The notes beneath the pieces were generated by a model. That model was not told the DNA's origin and did no database searches. It was given only the letters and a program-made list of their open reading frames with translations. Both the position numbers and the translations under genes were made by a program. A stretch of DNA of 64,000 bases from positions 82,398,001 through 82,462,000 of the forward strand of contig CM097886.1 in NCBI GenBank assembly GCA_044892525.1, given 5' to 3'. Below, piece by piece: positions 39,101-52,724 of this stretch. Source of the DNA: Schmidtea polychroa. Lineage: Eukaryota. Within the stretch, counting starts at the first letter, position 1. Each line of letters starts with the position of its first letter.

Positions 39101-41224
39101 AAATTTGTCTTTGAAAAATATTTCATAAAAATTTTCATTAAAAATTATCTTAAAAATTATTCCATAAAAATTTCTATTAAAAATTAACTTAAAAAATTAT
39201 TCTATAAAAATTTCCATTAAAAATTACCATTGAAAAATATTTCATTAAAATTTCTATTAAAAATTACTTAAAAAATTATTTGATAAAAATTTTCTTTAAA
39301 AAGTTTCAATTCTCAAACACCTTCTATTATTTCAACTTTTTGTTAATAAATTTAAAAATCTTACTTTAATTTACTTATTACATTACATTAATTTACTTAT
39401 TTAAAAATTATTACTTTAATTTAAAATTTTTTTACCATTGATTACTTAATTTTAAAATTTAGACCTTAATTAACTTTAATTTAATTTTTTAGAACCTTAA
39501 TTTAGTTATTTGAGCCCATTCATTACTTTAATTTAAAATTTTGGACCTTGATTTATTTTAATTAAAAATTTGAACCATTATTTACTTTAATTTAAAAATT
39601 TGAACCTTAATTTACTTAGTTGAGCCCTTAATTAACTTTAATCTTAAATTTTGAACCATTATTTACTTTAATTTAAAAATTTGAACCTTAATTAACTTAC
39701 TTGAGCCCATTGATAACTTTAATTCGAAAATTTGAGCCTATAATAACTTTAATTCAAAAATATGAACCTTAATTTACTTTAATTTTAAAATCTTAGCCCA
39801 TAATTTACTATAATTCAATTTTTAGACCCATAATTTGCTTTATTTTAAAAAATTTACCACGCTTTTTTAGTGTAGACCACCTTTTTCTATTGAAATTCTC
39901 AGGACCAAGAAGACCCACCTGAATTGACCTAGAAAATTCCATGCTTTTTTAGTGATAGTCGGATTTTTGTATTGAAAATATCCTAAGACCTTAAATTACC
40001 ACTGTTTTTTAGTGTAGACCACCTTTTTGTATTGAAACTATCCTGAGACCTTAAATTACCACTCTTTTTTTATTGAAGACCGTCTTTTTGTATTGAAAAT
40101 ATCCTGAGACCTTAAATTACCACTCTTTTTTAGTGTAGACCAGCTTTTTGTATTGAAAATATCCTGAGACCTTAAATTACAATGCTTTTTTATTGAGACC
40201 GCCTTTTTGTATTGAAAAAAAAATTTTGTATTGAAAATCCCAGGATCAATCGAGACCCCTCACTATAGTCTGAAAATCCCATGCTTTTTTATTGAAGACC
40301 GCCTTTTTCTATTGAAATTCTCAGGACCAAGGAGACCCACCTCACTATAGTGTGAATAATCCTTGGCTTTTTTATTGAGACCACCTTTTTGTATTGAAAA
40401 AAAAAATTTTGTATTGAAAATCCCAGGACCAAGGAGACCCACCTCACTATAGTCTGATAAAAAAAAATTTGGACCAAAAATCCCTGAAAGCAAAAAATGT
40501 GAGTTGGAACAATTGCATAATAAAAAGTTGGAACAATTTACCCCCCCCCCCCTGGGGGGTAATTGTTCCAGCGGGCTCCTTACTACCTACTGTTTACCCT
40601 TCCAAATTGTCGTGCTCAGGTTTTCTTCATTGCTCGGGTTCTCCATTAGCTCGAACTTCCCATTAGCTCGGGTTTCCCATTAGCCAATTAATTAATTAAT
40701 TATTCGTTTTTTCATATTTGTCTGTTTTACGACCCTTTCTAAATATTTTCTAACAATTTCTTGCTTACTGTCTTCTTCACCATCCCTTAATCTACCCCTC
40801 TTCCGTTTTCCAGCTTCAATTTCGATAACTTTTCACTTTATTCCACTTCCTCAGGTTTGCGCATTTTTTCCATTTCATGTCTGATTGTACCCTTTTATAG
40901 TTCTTTTTTATCATATCTTTCTTTGCCATTGCTTCTCTGCTTGACCGCCATTCAATTTCGGTTTTCCTTTTAATCAGAACTATATAATTTAATANNNNNN
41001 NNNNNNNNNNNNNNNNNNNNNNNNNNNNNNNNNNNNNNNNNNNNNNNNNNNNNNNNNNNNNNNNNNNNNNNNNNNNNNNNNNNNNNNNNNNNNNNNNNNN
41101 NNNNNNNNNNNNNNNNNNNNNNNNNNNNNNNNNNNNNNNNNNNNNNNNNNNNNNNNNNNNNNNNNNNNNNNNNNNNNNNNNNNNNNNNNNNNNNNNNNNN
41201 NNNNNNNNNNNNNNNNNNNNNNNN

Positions 41225-42193
41225 TAAAATCAACCGTTGGTTACTCTGACTCCACGTGTTCCAAAATCAATAAACACAAACTCCCAACCTATATTTGTTT
41301 TATAACAATTCACAACTCAACAATTAATCACACTGTTGGTTAATCACAATTCTTACACAATTTCAGATCGAACTCCCTCTGGAAGGTCTCGGCCTTGTAC
41401 GATTTAAAAAATAGGTTTCACCTTTTGTTTGATTCCGCTCTCTGATCCGAACTCTTTTAATATTCCTTTCTGACTCCTAAATTCCTCTTATAATTCCTTT
41501 TTCCTTTTTATTTTTATTCCTCGAACTCCTATCGTCTGTTTCTTCGTATCCCTACCTAAGGCTATCGCCGATTATGTGAATTTTGAGTTTCCTTATATAC
41601 TCCCATAATCGTTGTAATTGCCCCATTTTTGACCTAATTGGTTTTGACTTCTTCAGCTATCATTCCCTAATTGACTATTTTTGTTGACCCTCTTCGTAAT
41701 TCCCCGTCTTTTGTTTACCCTCGTTTATCCGGTTGTTTGGATAATTGCCCTCTGAATTCCTCGTTTGTTTACTCTTCCAAATTGCCGTGCTCGGGTTTTC
41801 TTCATCGCTCGGGTTCTCCATTGGCTCGGGCTTCCCATTAGCTCGGGTTTCCCATTAGCCAATTAATTAATTAATTAATATTTTACGTTTTTCCACATTT
41901 GTCTGTTTTACGACCCTTTCTACACATTTTCTAACAATTTCTTGCTCACTGTCTTCTTCACCATCCCTTAATCTATCCCTCTCCCGTTTTCCAGCTTCAA
42001 TTTCGATAACTTTTCACTTTATTCCACTTCCTCAGGTTTGCGCATTTTTTCCATTTCATGTCTGATTGTACCCTTTTATAGTTCTTTTTTATCATATCTT
42101 TCTTTGCCATTGCTTCTCTGCTTGACCGCCATTCAATTTCGGTTTTCCTTTTAATCAGAACTATATAATTTAATAATTTACTTTTAAAACATC

Positions 42194-42278
<85 letters not shown>

Positions 42279-44373
42279 GTGTTGGGTTTTATGATATTAA
42301 AATCAACCGTTGGTTACTCTGACTCCACGTGTTCCAAAATCAATAAACACAAACTCCCAACCTATATTTGTTTTATAACAATTCACAACTCAACAATTAA
42401 TCACACTGTTGGTTAATCACAATTCTTACACAATTTCAGATCGAACTCCGCTCTGGAAGGTCTCGGCCTTGTACGATTTAAAAAATAGGTTTCACCTTTT
42501 GTTTGATTCCGCTCTCTGATCCGAACTCTTTTAATATTCCTTTCTGACTCCTAAATTCCTCTTATAATTCCTTTTTCCTTTTTATTTTTATTCCTCGAAC
42601 TCCTATCGTCTGTTTCTTCGTATCCCTACCTAAGGCTATCGCCGATTATGTGAATTTTGAGTTTCCTTATATACTCCCATAATCGTTGTAATTGCCCCAT
42701 TTTTGACCTAATTGGTTTTGACTTCTTCAGCTATCATTCCCTAATTGACTATTTTTGTTGACCCTCTTCGTAATTCCCCGTCTTTTGTTTACCCTCGTTT
42801 ATCCGGTTGTTTGGATAATTGCCCACTGAATTCCTCGTTTGTTTACCCTTCCAAATTGCCGTGCTCGGGTTTTCTTCATCGCTCGGGTTCTCCATTGGCT
42901 CGGGCTTCCCATTAGCTCGGGTTTCCCATTAGCCAATTAATTAATTAATTAATATTTTACGTTTTTCCACATTTGTCTGTTTAACGACCCTTTCTACACA
43001 TTTTCTAACAATTTCTTGCTCACTGTCTTCTTCACCATCCCTTAATCTACCCCTCTCCCGTTTTCCAGCTTCAATTTCGATAACTTTTCACTTTATTCCA
43101 CTTCCTCAGGTTTGCGCATTTTTTCCATTTCATGTCTGATTGTACCCTTTTATAGTTCTATTTTATCATATCTTTCTTTGCCATTGCTTCTCTGCTTGAC
43201 CGCCATTCAATTTCGGTTTTCCTTTTAATCAGAACTATATAATTTAATANNNNNNNNNNNNNNNNNNNNNNNNNNNNNNNNNNNNNNNNNNNNNNNNNNN
43301 NNNNNNNNNNNNNNNNNNNNNNNNNNNNNNNNNNNNNNNNNNNNNNNNNNNNNNNNNNNNNNNNNNNNNNNNNNNNNNNNNNNNNNNNNNNNNNNNNNNN
43401 NNNNTAAAATCAACCGTTGGTTACTCTGACTCCACGTGTTCCAAAATCAATAAACACAAACTCCCAACCTATATTTGTTTTATAACAATTCACAACTCAA
43501 CAATTAATCACACTGTTGGTTAATCACAATTCTTACACAATTTCAGATCGAACTCCCTCTGGAAGGTCTCGGCCTTGTACGATTTAAAAAATAGGTTTCA
43601 CCTTTTGTTTGATTCCGCTCTCTGATCCGAACTCTTTTAATATTCCTTTCTGACTCCTAAATTCCTCTTATAATTCCTTTTTCCTTTTTATTTTTATTCC
43701 TCGAACTCCTATCGTCTGTTTCTTCGTATCCCTACCTAAGGCTATCGCCGATTATGTGAATTTTGAGTTTCCTTATATACTCCCATAATCGTTGTAATTG
43801 CCCCATTTTTGACCTAATTGGTTTTGACTTCTTCAGCTATCATTCCCTAATTGACTATTTTTGTTGACCCTCTTCGTAATTCCCCGTCTTTTGTTTACCC
43901 TCGTTTATCCGGTTGTTTGGATAATTGCCCTCTGAATTCCTCGTTTGTTTACTCTTCCAAATTGCCGTGCTCGGGTTTTCTTCATCGCTCGGGTTCTCCA
44001 TTGGCTCGGGCTTCCCATTAGCTCGGGTTTCCCATTAGCCAATTAATTAATTAATTAATATTTTACGTTTTTCCACATTTGTCTGTTTTACGACCCTTTC
44101 TACACATTTTCTAACAATTTCTTGCTCACTGTCTTCTTCACCATCCCTTAATCTACCCCTCTCCCGTTTTCCAGCTTCAATTTCGATAACTTTTCACTTT
44201 ATTCCACTTCCTCAGGTTTGCGCATTTTTTCCATTTCATGTCTGATTGTACCCTTTTATAGTTCTTTTTTATCATATCTTTCTTTGCCATTGCTTCTCTG
44301 CTTGACCGCCATTCAATTTCGGTTTTCCTTTTAATCAGAACTATATAATTTAATAATTTACTTTTAAAACATC

Positions 44374-44413
<40 letters not shown>

Positions 44414-45409
44414 GTGTTGGGTTTTATGATATTAAAATCAACCGTTGGTTACTCTGACTCCACGTGTTCCAAAATCAATAAACACAAACTCCCAACCTAT
44501 ATTTGTTTTATAACAATTCACAACTCAACAATTAATCACACTGTTGGTTAATCACAATTCTTACACAATTTCAGATCGAACTCCCTCTGGAAGGTCTCGG
44601 CCTTGTACGATTTAAAAAATAGGTTTCACCTTTTGTTTGATTCCGCTCTCTGATCCGAACTCTTTTAATATTCCTTTCTGACTCCTAAATTCCTCTTATA
44701 ATTCCTTTTTCCTTTTTATTTTTATTCCTCGAACTCCTATCGTCTGTTTCTTCGTATCCCTACCTAAGGCTATCGCCGATTATGTGAATTTTGAGTTTCC
44801 TTATATACTCCCATAATCGTTGTAATTGCCCCATTTTTGACCTAATTGGTTTTGACTTCTTCAGCTATCGTTCCCTAATTGACTATTTTTGTTGACCCTC
44901 TTCGTAATTCCCCGTCTTTTGTTTACCCTCGTTTATCCGGTTGTTTGGATAATTGCCCTCTGAATTCCTCGTTTGTTTACCCTTCCAAATTGCCGTGCTC
45001 GGGTTTTCTTCATCGCTCGGGTTCTCCATTGGCTCGGGCTTCCCATTAGCTCGGGTTTCCCATTAGCCAATTAATTAATTAATTAATATTTTACGTTTTT
45101 CCACATTTGTCTGTTTTACGACCCTTTCTACACATTTTCTAACAATTTCTTGCTCACTGTCTTCTTCACCATCCCTTAATCTACCCCTCTCCCGTTTTCC
45201 AGCTTCAATTTCGATAACTTTTCACTTTATTCCACTTCCTCCGGTTTGCGCATTTTCCCATTTCATGTCTGATTGTACCCTTTTATAGTTCTGTTTTTAT
45301 CATATCTTTCTTTGCCATTGCTTCTCTGCTTGACCGCCATTCAATTTCGGCTTTCCTTTTAATATGAACTATATAATTTAATAATTTACTTTCAAACCCT
45401 CAACAATAG
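41225..45409 (+). mobile_element. Tandem array of four ~1-kb solo-LTR-like units separated by (AAT)n
   Basis: Equivalent positions at 41225, 42298, 43405 and 44433, with near-identical units. The last unit, 44415-45405, is TGTTG...CAACA flanked by the 4-bp TSD ATAG. Confidence 0.8.
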
Positions 45410-45751
45410 TAATAATAATAATAATACCCTTATGAGATGTTGAGTGTAACCAGTACTCTTGTGAGCAATACTCATAAGGGGACAAAAATATCTTGTCGGA
45501 TAAACTCAGATTATACCTTTTGTTTGATATACATAATATAAGGTTTTGAAAAAATTCAAAGGTTTTTAACCCTTTGAAGGTTATTGAACCTCCATAGACC
45601 TTCGATGGTCTCAAATACTCACCATTCAAATACCTTTCGAATGAGCTATTAAATAATAAAACCCATTGGCGGGAATTTAAATGTTAAAAATTTAGCATGA
45701 CTCTTTGCATAACTCACCGCGTGACTCATACGACCTTGAGAATGACCTTGA

Positions 45752-48153
45752 ATGAGTCATAAAACGAGTCATATAACCTTGAATATGGAGCGGACGACTC
45801 TATACTCAATGCCAGAAAATAAATATATCGAATTTAAAGACTGGAGTAAAACTTTAAAACAGCAGTTTGTTGTCTACGCGGACTTTGAATCGATATTACC
45901 TCTAGATGACAAACACTTCCAAAAACATGAGCCGATTGCATCTGAATTTGTGCTTCTTCATCAAGGTTGTTCAATCCGAAATAAAACATTTGTTGGGAAA
46001 AACTGTATCATTCAGTTCATACAAGCATTGGATGATAAAGCTACAGACATAGTTTATCCGTGGTATAAAATTAATGGATCAAAGGAAATGATGGAACTCA
46101 CTTGGGAACAGCAGGAAGAATTTACAAACCAAACTCATTGCTACCTTTGTAAAAAGATCATCAATATACCTGTTCGAGATCATGATCATTTTACTGGTCA
46201 ATATCTCGGAGCAGCATGTTAAGATTGCAACTTGGCTAGAAGAATCAATCCGTCTTTACCTGTTGTATTTCATAATCTTCGTGGATATGACATTCATCAT
46301 ATATTAAAATATGCAATTGGAAAATTCCCGATTGAAATTTAATTGTTATTCCTCAATCAACAGAAAAATTTCTCACACTTACAGCGACATCGAAAGGCAG
46401 AAGAATTAGATTCATTGATTCTTTAGAATTTTTAAATAGCAGCTTGACAAATTTATCAAAAAACTTGCCACGTCTTCCACTGACCTCAGATGTTTTCGAA
46501 TCACAGATGATGACTTGTAAAACTATTTTTCCTTATGATATGGCTACGTCAATGGATGTTTTACAGTCAATAACAGCATTACCACATATTTGCGAAGGAG
46601 AAGATTATATACATGCAAATCAAATCTGGCGACAATACAACTGTGAAATATCTGAAGTTGGATGTTTTTCTATTAGCAGGTATTTTTGAGGCTTTCAGAG
46701 AAAAAACATTTGACAAAGATGGACTTGAGGCTCTGTCGTTTGTTTCCATATCTGGATTACGTTGGACATCAGCTATTAAACAATCAACTGAACCGATAGA
46801 ACTTATTCAAGATCCAGAATTTTACCGTTTATTTGAAGCTGGTATTTGTGGTGGAATGATATTTATCAACAAACACCATGTTGAAGCTGATGAATCCACA
46901 CAAATGTTATACCTAGATGTTAATGATTTATATGGATGGGCTCTGTCGCAAAAACTTCCTATTGGTGAATTTAGATGGTTAAAAGATCAGACTGAAATGG
47001 ATAGTATTATTAAAAGATGTATGAATGGAGATGAGTTTGATGGAGATCGTGGATATGTTTTGGAGGTTGACATCGTCATTCCAGATAGTATACAGGATAA
47101 ACTAGATGATTTACCTATAGTTCCTGAGCTTTGTTATCCGCCTGGAAGTAAAGTTGAAAAGTTGTTATTAACACACGAACCAAAGACCAATTATGTGATT
47201 AATAGTAGAGTTTTGACTGAATGGTTGAGTTACTACACAAAAGTCACAAAAGTTGATCGCGCTGTAGAATTCAAGCAAGTAGCTATTTTCAAAGGCTATA
47301 TTGATTACAATACTCAAATGAGAGCAGCTAGTACAGATTCATTTCAGCGAGATTATTATAAGTTAAAGAACAACAGTTTATACGGTAAAACTGTGGAAAA
47401 CCTTAAGAAACGTATAAACCTGAGATTATGCAGCAAAAGCAAAAGATTGATAACTTATTGTAGTAATCCTATGTATCGTCGTAGAATCAAGATTGCGGAT
47501 GATTTCATTGCTGTTATACTTGATAAGGAAATGGTGTGTTTAGATAGACCAATGTATATTGGACAAACCGTACTTGATTTATCTAAACTTCGTATGTAGC
47601 AGTTTCAATATAAAGAACTACAGAGTTATAGAGAAAAGTTAAATTGTCAAATTAATATCGTAGCCGGTGACACAGATTTCTTCTTTTAAGAGTGTAAAAA
47701 TATTGATTTACGCTTATAACTGTATCCAAAAATGATTGCCGATGGGCTCCTCAGAAAAAATTTGTTCGGTAATCGGGAAAGTCAAGGATGACAATAAAGG
47801 AAATCAATATAAAGAATGGGTGTTTCTTCGACCCAAGTGCTACTCACTTCAAGGCGATAAAACACTCTAAAAGCCAAAGGAATAAGACTTACAAATTCAA
47901 GTCTTACACATGAAGCTTATAAAAAGTGTATACTGATGGTGGAACAGTCAGCATCCCACAAAAAAGAATAGGAAGTGTCAATCATCAGTTGTATACTTTC
48001 TTGACAGAAAAACGAGCTCTCCAATTTTTGGACGATAAAAGGTATTGGTACAATTCTAATGAAAGCTATACCTACGGTCACTATAAGATTTGTCAAATGC
48101 ATATTGCAACTGCTATGTCTAGAAATGAATGCAAATCGAAACAAGCACTTTAA
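45752..48153 (+). pseudogene. Protein-primed DNA polymerase B, Polinton/Maverick type, copy 1
   Basis: Exo I YADFES; zinc/endonuclease-VII-like insert (CYLC...VRDHDHFTGQYLGAAC..CNL); exo II FHNLRGYD; motif A YLDVNDLYGWA; motif B KLKNNSLYGK; motif C AGDTD. Multiple stops and frameshifts. Confidence 0.9.
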
Positions 48154-48474
48154 CAATTAAATTTATGTGAATAATAAATATATATTGTGAATTATTTGAC
48201 TTAGTTAATTAAAATGTGTTCTATCATTTAATTATTCATTTGTCCAATTAATTTAGATAATTAGTTTCAAGTAAGAAGTATTATTTTCGTGTTTATTTTA
48301 TTTATTTATTTATTTTATCAGAAAAAATTATTATCCGGTTTATTAAAATTAACTCAGCGTTTTATTTTATAATAAATTAAATAATTACTATTTAAAGATT
48401 TGATCAAATTGAAATATTCTTGTTATAATTTTTGTTCTTGGTAGAATAAATTAAATGTAAATGTAAAAAAAAAT

Positions 48475-48481
48475 AAATAAA

Positions 48482-48545
<64 letters not shown>
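48475..48545. repeat. (AAT)n microsatellite within an AT-rich tract
   Basis: Directly visible. Confidence 0.9.
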
Positions 48546-48849
48546 TATTAATAAATAAATATAATAATATTAATTATAATTTAAAATTTATTAAGATTTA
48601 AACCGAAGAAAATAAAAATATAATTAAATAGCATAAGTAATTAAAATAATTAATTAATTAATTATAATAAAATAACTAAATAGAAGTAATTAAATTAAAA
48701 TAATATAATAATAAATATATAATAAAATAATTAATTAATTAATGTAATGAATTTAAAATTAACAAAAGTATTAATTAAAATCAAATAATAATAACAATAT
48801 AATAAAAAGTAATAAATTAAATAGATGAAAGTAATTAAATTAAATTAAA

Positions 48850-49100
48850 AAAATGATTCGATTGGCCTATATTTCATCTTGATATTCCATGACCTTGAAC
48901 TTGAAAGTGAGCTGGAGTCCTCATTATATACTACTGACTTGTATATATTTTATATAGTGTGTTTATATGATCCAGTGGTTGCCGATTTAATAAAACTATA
49001 TAGAATGTGTGAATATTTGATCTAGATAAAACCCTGAAAATTTACGTGAAAAACTTTGAAAATGACGTTAGGAAACTGTTCTCTTAGAGTTAATTAGAAG
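48850..49100 (+). repeat. Non-coding block downstream of pPolB copy 1, related to 56130-56700 downstream of copy 2
   Basis: Shared GATCCAG(T/C)GG motifs, taaaactatatagaat and gatct...aaaac(c/t)ctgaaaa. Confidence 0.55.
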
Positions 49101-50334
49101 ATATATAATTCAATGAATGTCATATAAAATTAAATATGAGGCCCTTCACAACATGATCCTTGATTACCATACGTATTACTAAATCAACTAAATTAATCTA
49201 AATGTAAAAATAAAAACAAAGAACAAATTTCGAATAAATCCTATCAATATACAATTATTGTTACAAGGCTTAAGTCATGAACTGTTCATTGTGATAGTTC
49301 TACCAAAGATAACTGGTAGTTGGGAGAACTATGTGAATTGACCTCTGCGTTGGACAGGAGTTCATTCAAGTTGAACAGGACGTCATCTTCCATGTCCACA
49401 ACGAAGGAGAGATCGGTCAGATCGGATTGGGTTCTGTTATTGGTTCGGTCACTCAAAATTAGCCTGAGACTGCCGCTTAATGTGTTGTTTCTCATTTCGC
49501 AACGCGCCATGCAGATGTTTACATTTTGATTTTTGAGCCTAGATCGATCCAGGAGTGGCCACTGTAATGTAATGTTAATTGTTTATGTACCATTTTTTAA
49601 ATGTAATTACAAATTACATTACTTAACTTAATTCGAGTCACGGCCCCCACAACCCAACGAAATGATCTATATAGTAATTCTCTATAGTAATAATTTACTT
49701 TAGAGAATTGAAAAATATAAAAATCAAACAAAAATCGAAAATTTGATAATAAAATTAGAAGACTTATAAATTAAGAAACCCATCAAAAGCTCCATAATAT
49801 AAAAACGACTGAATCGAAATTATCCTTTATTTGAGAAAATCCATCAAGAGTTTCGAAATTTAAAATGAACAGATCTGAAGTCCTTATTTTTCGAGAAAAT
49901 CCATTGGTAGTTTCAAGGCATAGAATAACAAATTAGAAGTTTCAAAGCATAAAATAGTAAAATTGAAGTTTTATTTATTTAGTAAGATCTGTCGAAATTT
50001 AGGAACATAGAAGTGATAGAATTCGAATTATCAATCCTACCCCAAATTTCAAGGTTCATACTTTTTTTATAAATAAAAGTTGTAAATTTATTTAATTGTT
50101 ATTGTTATTTATTTAATTGTCGCTATTTTATACAACATACATGCAAGCACTCCAGCTGTCCCGAGACAGTACTTTTAAAGGAGACTTGGCTGGGTACTAC
50201 AAGATTTCTTCAACAAGTCAATTATTTAGGTATAAACTATCACATATAGAAATTAAGATATGTAACTATAATAGCCACCATACTAAGATCTATCAATGGT
50301 GGTGGACCTTCGGCTGATTCAGTTCCGTCACGGA

Positions 50335-50690
50335 AAGGTGATGACCAATGATCACATTTGCCACTTTTGCCAATGGAAAATTTTGGATCCTTGATTATAA
50401 TTCAGCCTTAGTATAGACCTGATTTAGAGCGTGGGCCTTTTCCTGTATGAAGCTTCTCTGAACCCGACTTTCATCTATGACCCCATCTCTACAATTCTCC
50501 AGGTATCGAATCTTTAGTTGAGCCTCTTTCATCTGTGCGGGCTTAAACCAAGTGCTCTCGAGGCGGTTGATTTTGGCATCAAGGAACACGATCTTTGTGT
50601 CTCGTAAACAGGTCGTTTCATTCTTATCTGCGCAGGGGAAGCAAGGTTTGATAGATGAATTAGTTGATATAATATGTTGTACTGAAACAT
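50335..50690 (-). pseudogene. Diverged copy of the orphan CxxC/coiled-coil gene
   Basis: KPCFPCADKN...KINRLESTWFKPAQMKEAQLKIRYLENCRDGVIDESRVQRSFIQEKAHALNQVYTKAEL*SRIQNFPLAKVANVIIGHH aligns without gaps to RPCFSCSDKN...KIDELEGTWFSPTQMKEAQKKLHRSEHCRDALISESRAQRSLIKEQSEALHKLYVKAATTRRIAKIPINEASNLFPAHH. One in-frame stop. Confidence 0.8.
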
Positions 50691-52568
50691 CAAGCGAAAG
50701 ATATGAAAAAACATAAGAGTCGTAAAATTTAGGGATCTGGCGATCCGGGAATCAGTGGCTGGAATAAACCAAGCCAACATGGTGATGACAATGATGATAA
50801 TACTCTAATAATAGCATCATAATAATACTCTTAGTANNNNNNNNNNNNNNNNNNNNNNNNNNNNNNNNNNNNNNNNNNNNNNNNNNNNNNNNNNNNNNNN
50901 NNNNNNNNNNNNNNNNNNNNNNNNNNNNNNNNNNNNNNNNNNNNNNNNNNNNNNNNNNNNNNNNNNNNNNNNNNNNNNNNNNNNNNNNNNNNNNNNNNNN
51001 NNNNNNNNNNNNNNNNNNNTTAGTAGTTATAACTTATATAAAGAAAAACTTATTAAACCCATTTTGGTTAGTCCTGATAACAAACACTGGGGTTATGATA
51101 AACTACTACTGAATATAGAATGGTGATTATCTAGCACTTGAGATCTGATCTTAATAATGGTGAGTCTCAATCATGAAAAATTTCTACTGCATCTAGGCGC
51201 AAAAACAATTTGTAGGGCCCATCATTACCTAAATTATTTGTATCGAAACTACAAGTTTATGAGGATTTATGGATCTAAATTATACTGGCCAACTCTACTA
51301 ATCCTAGTGGGCAGTTTCAGCTATTGATGAGTTATTGGTCAATTAAATTCACTGCATGTTTTTATCATTATATTTCTATTAAAGTTCTCAGAGTTTATAA
51401 CTATAAAGAATGACATAAACAAGATAATATTTTAAATTAATAAAAAATACATATTTAACAAATTATACAAAGCACATTAAAAAAGCAACTATGAATTTAC
51501 CAAATCGTACGATAAAATTCCGGAAATAGATCAAATTAAATTTGATTGTGTAATAATTTTTTATATTGGTTACGTAAATATAAAAAGGTGTTATATATTA
51601 TGTTATATATTATATATTATTATCGGCTTATATATTATTTTGTTAGTTTGTTCAACCAATGAGGGTTGGTCACGCCTACGCTTTTGATCAAATTGTTTCT
51701 TAATTTTTCAATTTAAATTAAAATCAATCTGATTAGTCGATTTTATTTTTTGTATTAATTGTTTGTTTTTCTATTTATTCCTTCTCTTTTTTCATTTCCC
51801 TGATTGATTGAACAACCATCTTTTATACCAGTATTACCCCTTGGACAAGCTAATATTTTTTGCTATTTTGTGTTTTAATGCATTAAAATGTGTTCCTTGT
51901 GTAACTGCTTGCACGTCTTAGTTTACTAATTTAATTTATTATTTTGGTTTTGTGTAGTTTTGTATTGTTTTATCTTTTAATATATGCTGTGCGTACGCAG
52001 AAAAGCTTATTCTTTCAAGAGTTTAATTAGAAAACCCCCAAAGAAAATAAATAAATAATACATTTTTAATTAAAAATTTTATAATTAATTTTTGCACCAA
52101 CAAGAAGCTAAAAAAACAAATTTATTTTTATTTACGATAGACGTCATATTTTAAAAAACAATTGTTGATTAGTACTTTAAATGCATTTCATTTGTTTTCG
52201 TTCCACGATTTGAGTGAAGTCACTTATGAAAATTTATAAAATTTCTAAATCAGATTGGCAGGAATTTTGTGCATTCAGGATTGTAAAAAGAAAGAAGAAA
52301 AAAAAATGAAAATCAATAANNNNNNNNNNNNNNNNNNNNNNNNNNNNNNNNNNNNNNNNNNNNNNNNNNNNNNNNNNNNNNNNNNNNNNNNNNNNNNNNN
52401 NNNNNNNNNNNNNNNNNNNNNNNNNNNNNNNNNNNNNNNNNNNNNNNNNNNNNNNNNNNNNNNNNNNNNNNNNNNNNNNNNNNNNNNNNNNNNNNNNNNN
52501 NNNNNNNNNNNNNNNNNNNNNNNNNNNNNNNNNNNNNNNNNNNNNNNNNNNNNNNNNNNNNNNNNNNN

Positions 52569-52724
52569 CCTTTTGCTGTGACTAATGTATCTAATGAAAA
52601 AAATTTAAATTATAAGATAGTCCTTGTCAATCGCCAAGGAAATTGACAAGGACTATCTTATAATTTAAATTTTTTTCATTAGATACATTAGTCACAGCAA
52701 AAGGCTTAAATTATCATTTAATTG
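52569..52724. mobile_element. Foldback palindromic MITE-like element, family A, copy 2 (left end in gap)
   Basis: Perfect 63-bp arms 52569-52631 and 52642-52704 with a 10-nt loop. Homologous to 5633-5803. Confidence 0.8.

Larger units (their letters stand above)
30965..40591. mobile_element. 9.6-kb non-autonomous Polinton/Maverick-like element
   Basis: Termini AGTAGGTAG...CTACCTACT. Long TIRs ~30965-32082 and ~39360-40591. GTTTAC duplicated at 30959-30964 and 40592-40597, whereas the uninterrupted LTR units have a single GTTTAC at this site. No core Polinton genes recognised inside. Confidence 0.8.

Noticed and set aside
45990-46260. Zinc-binding endonuclease-VII-like insert within pPolB as a novel fusion
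   Set aside because: This insertion is a known feature of many Polinton-type pPolBs.
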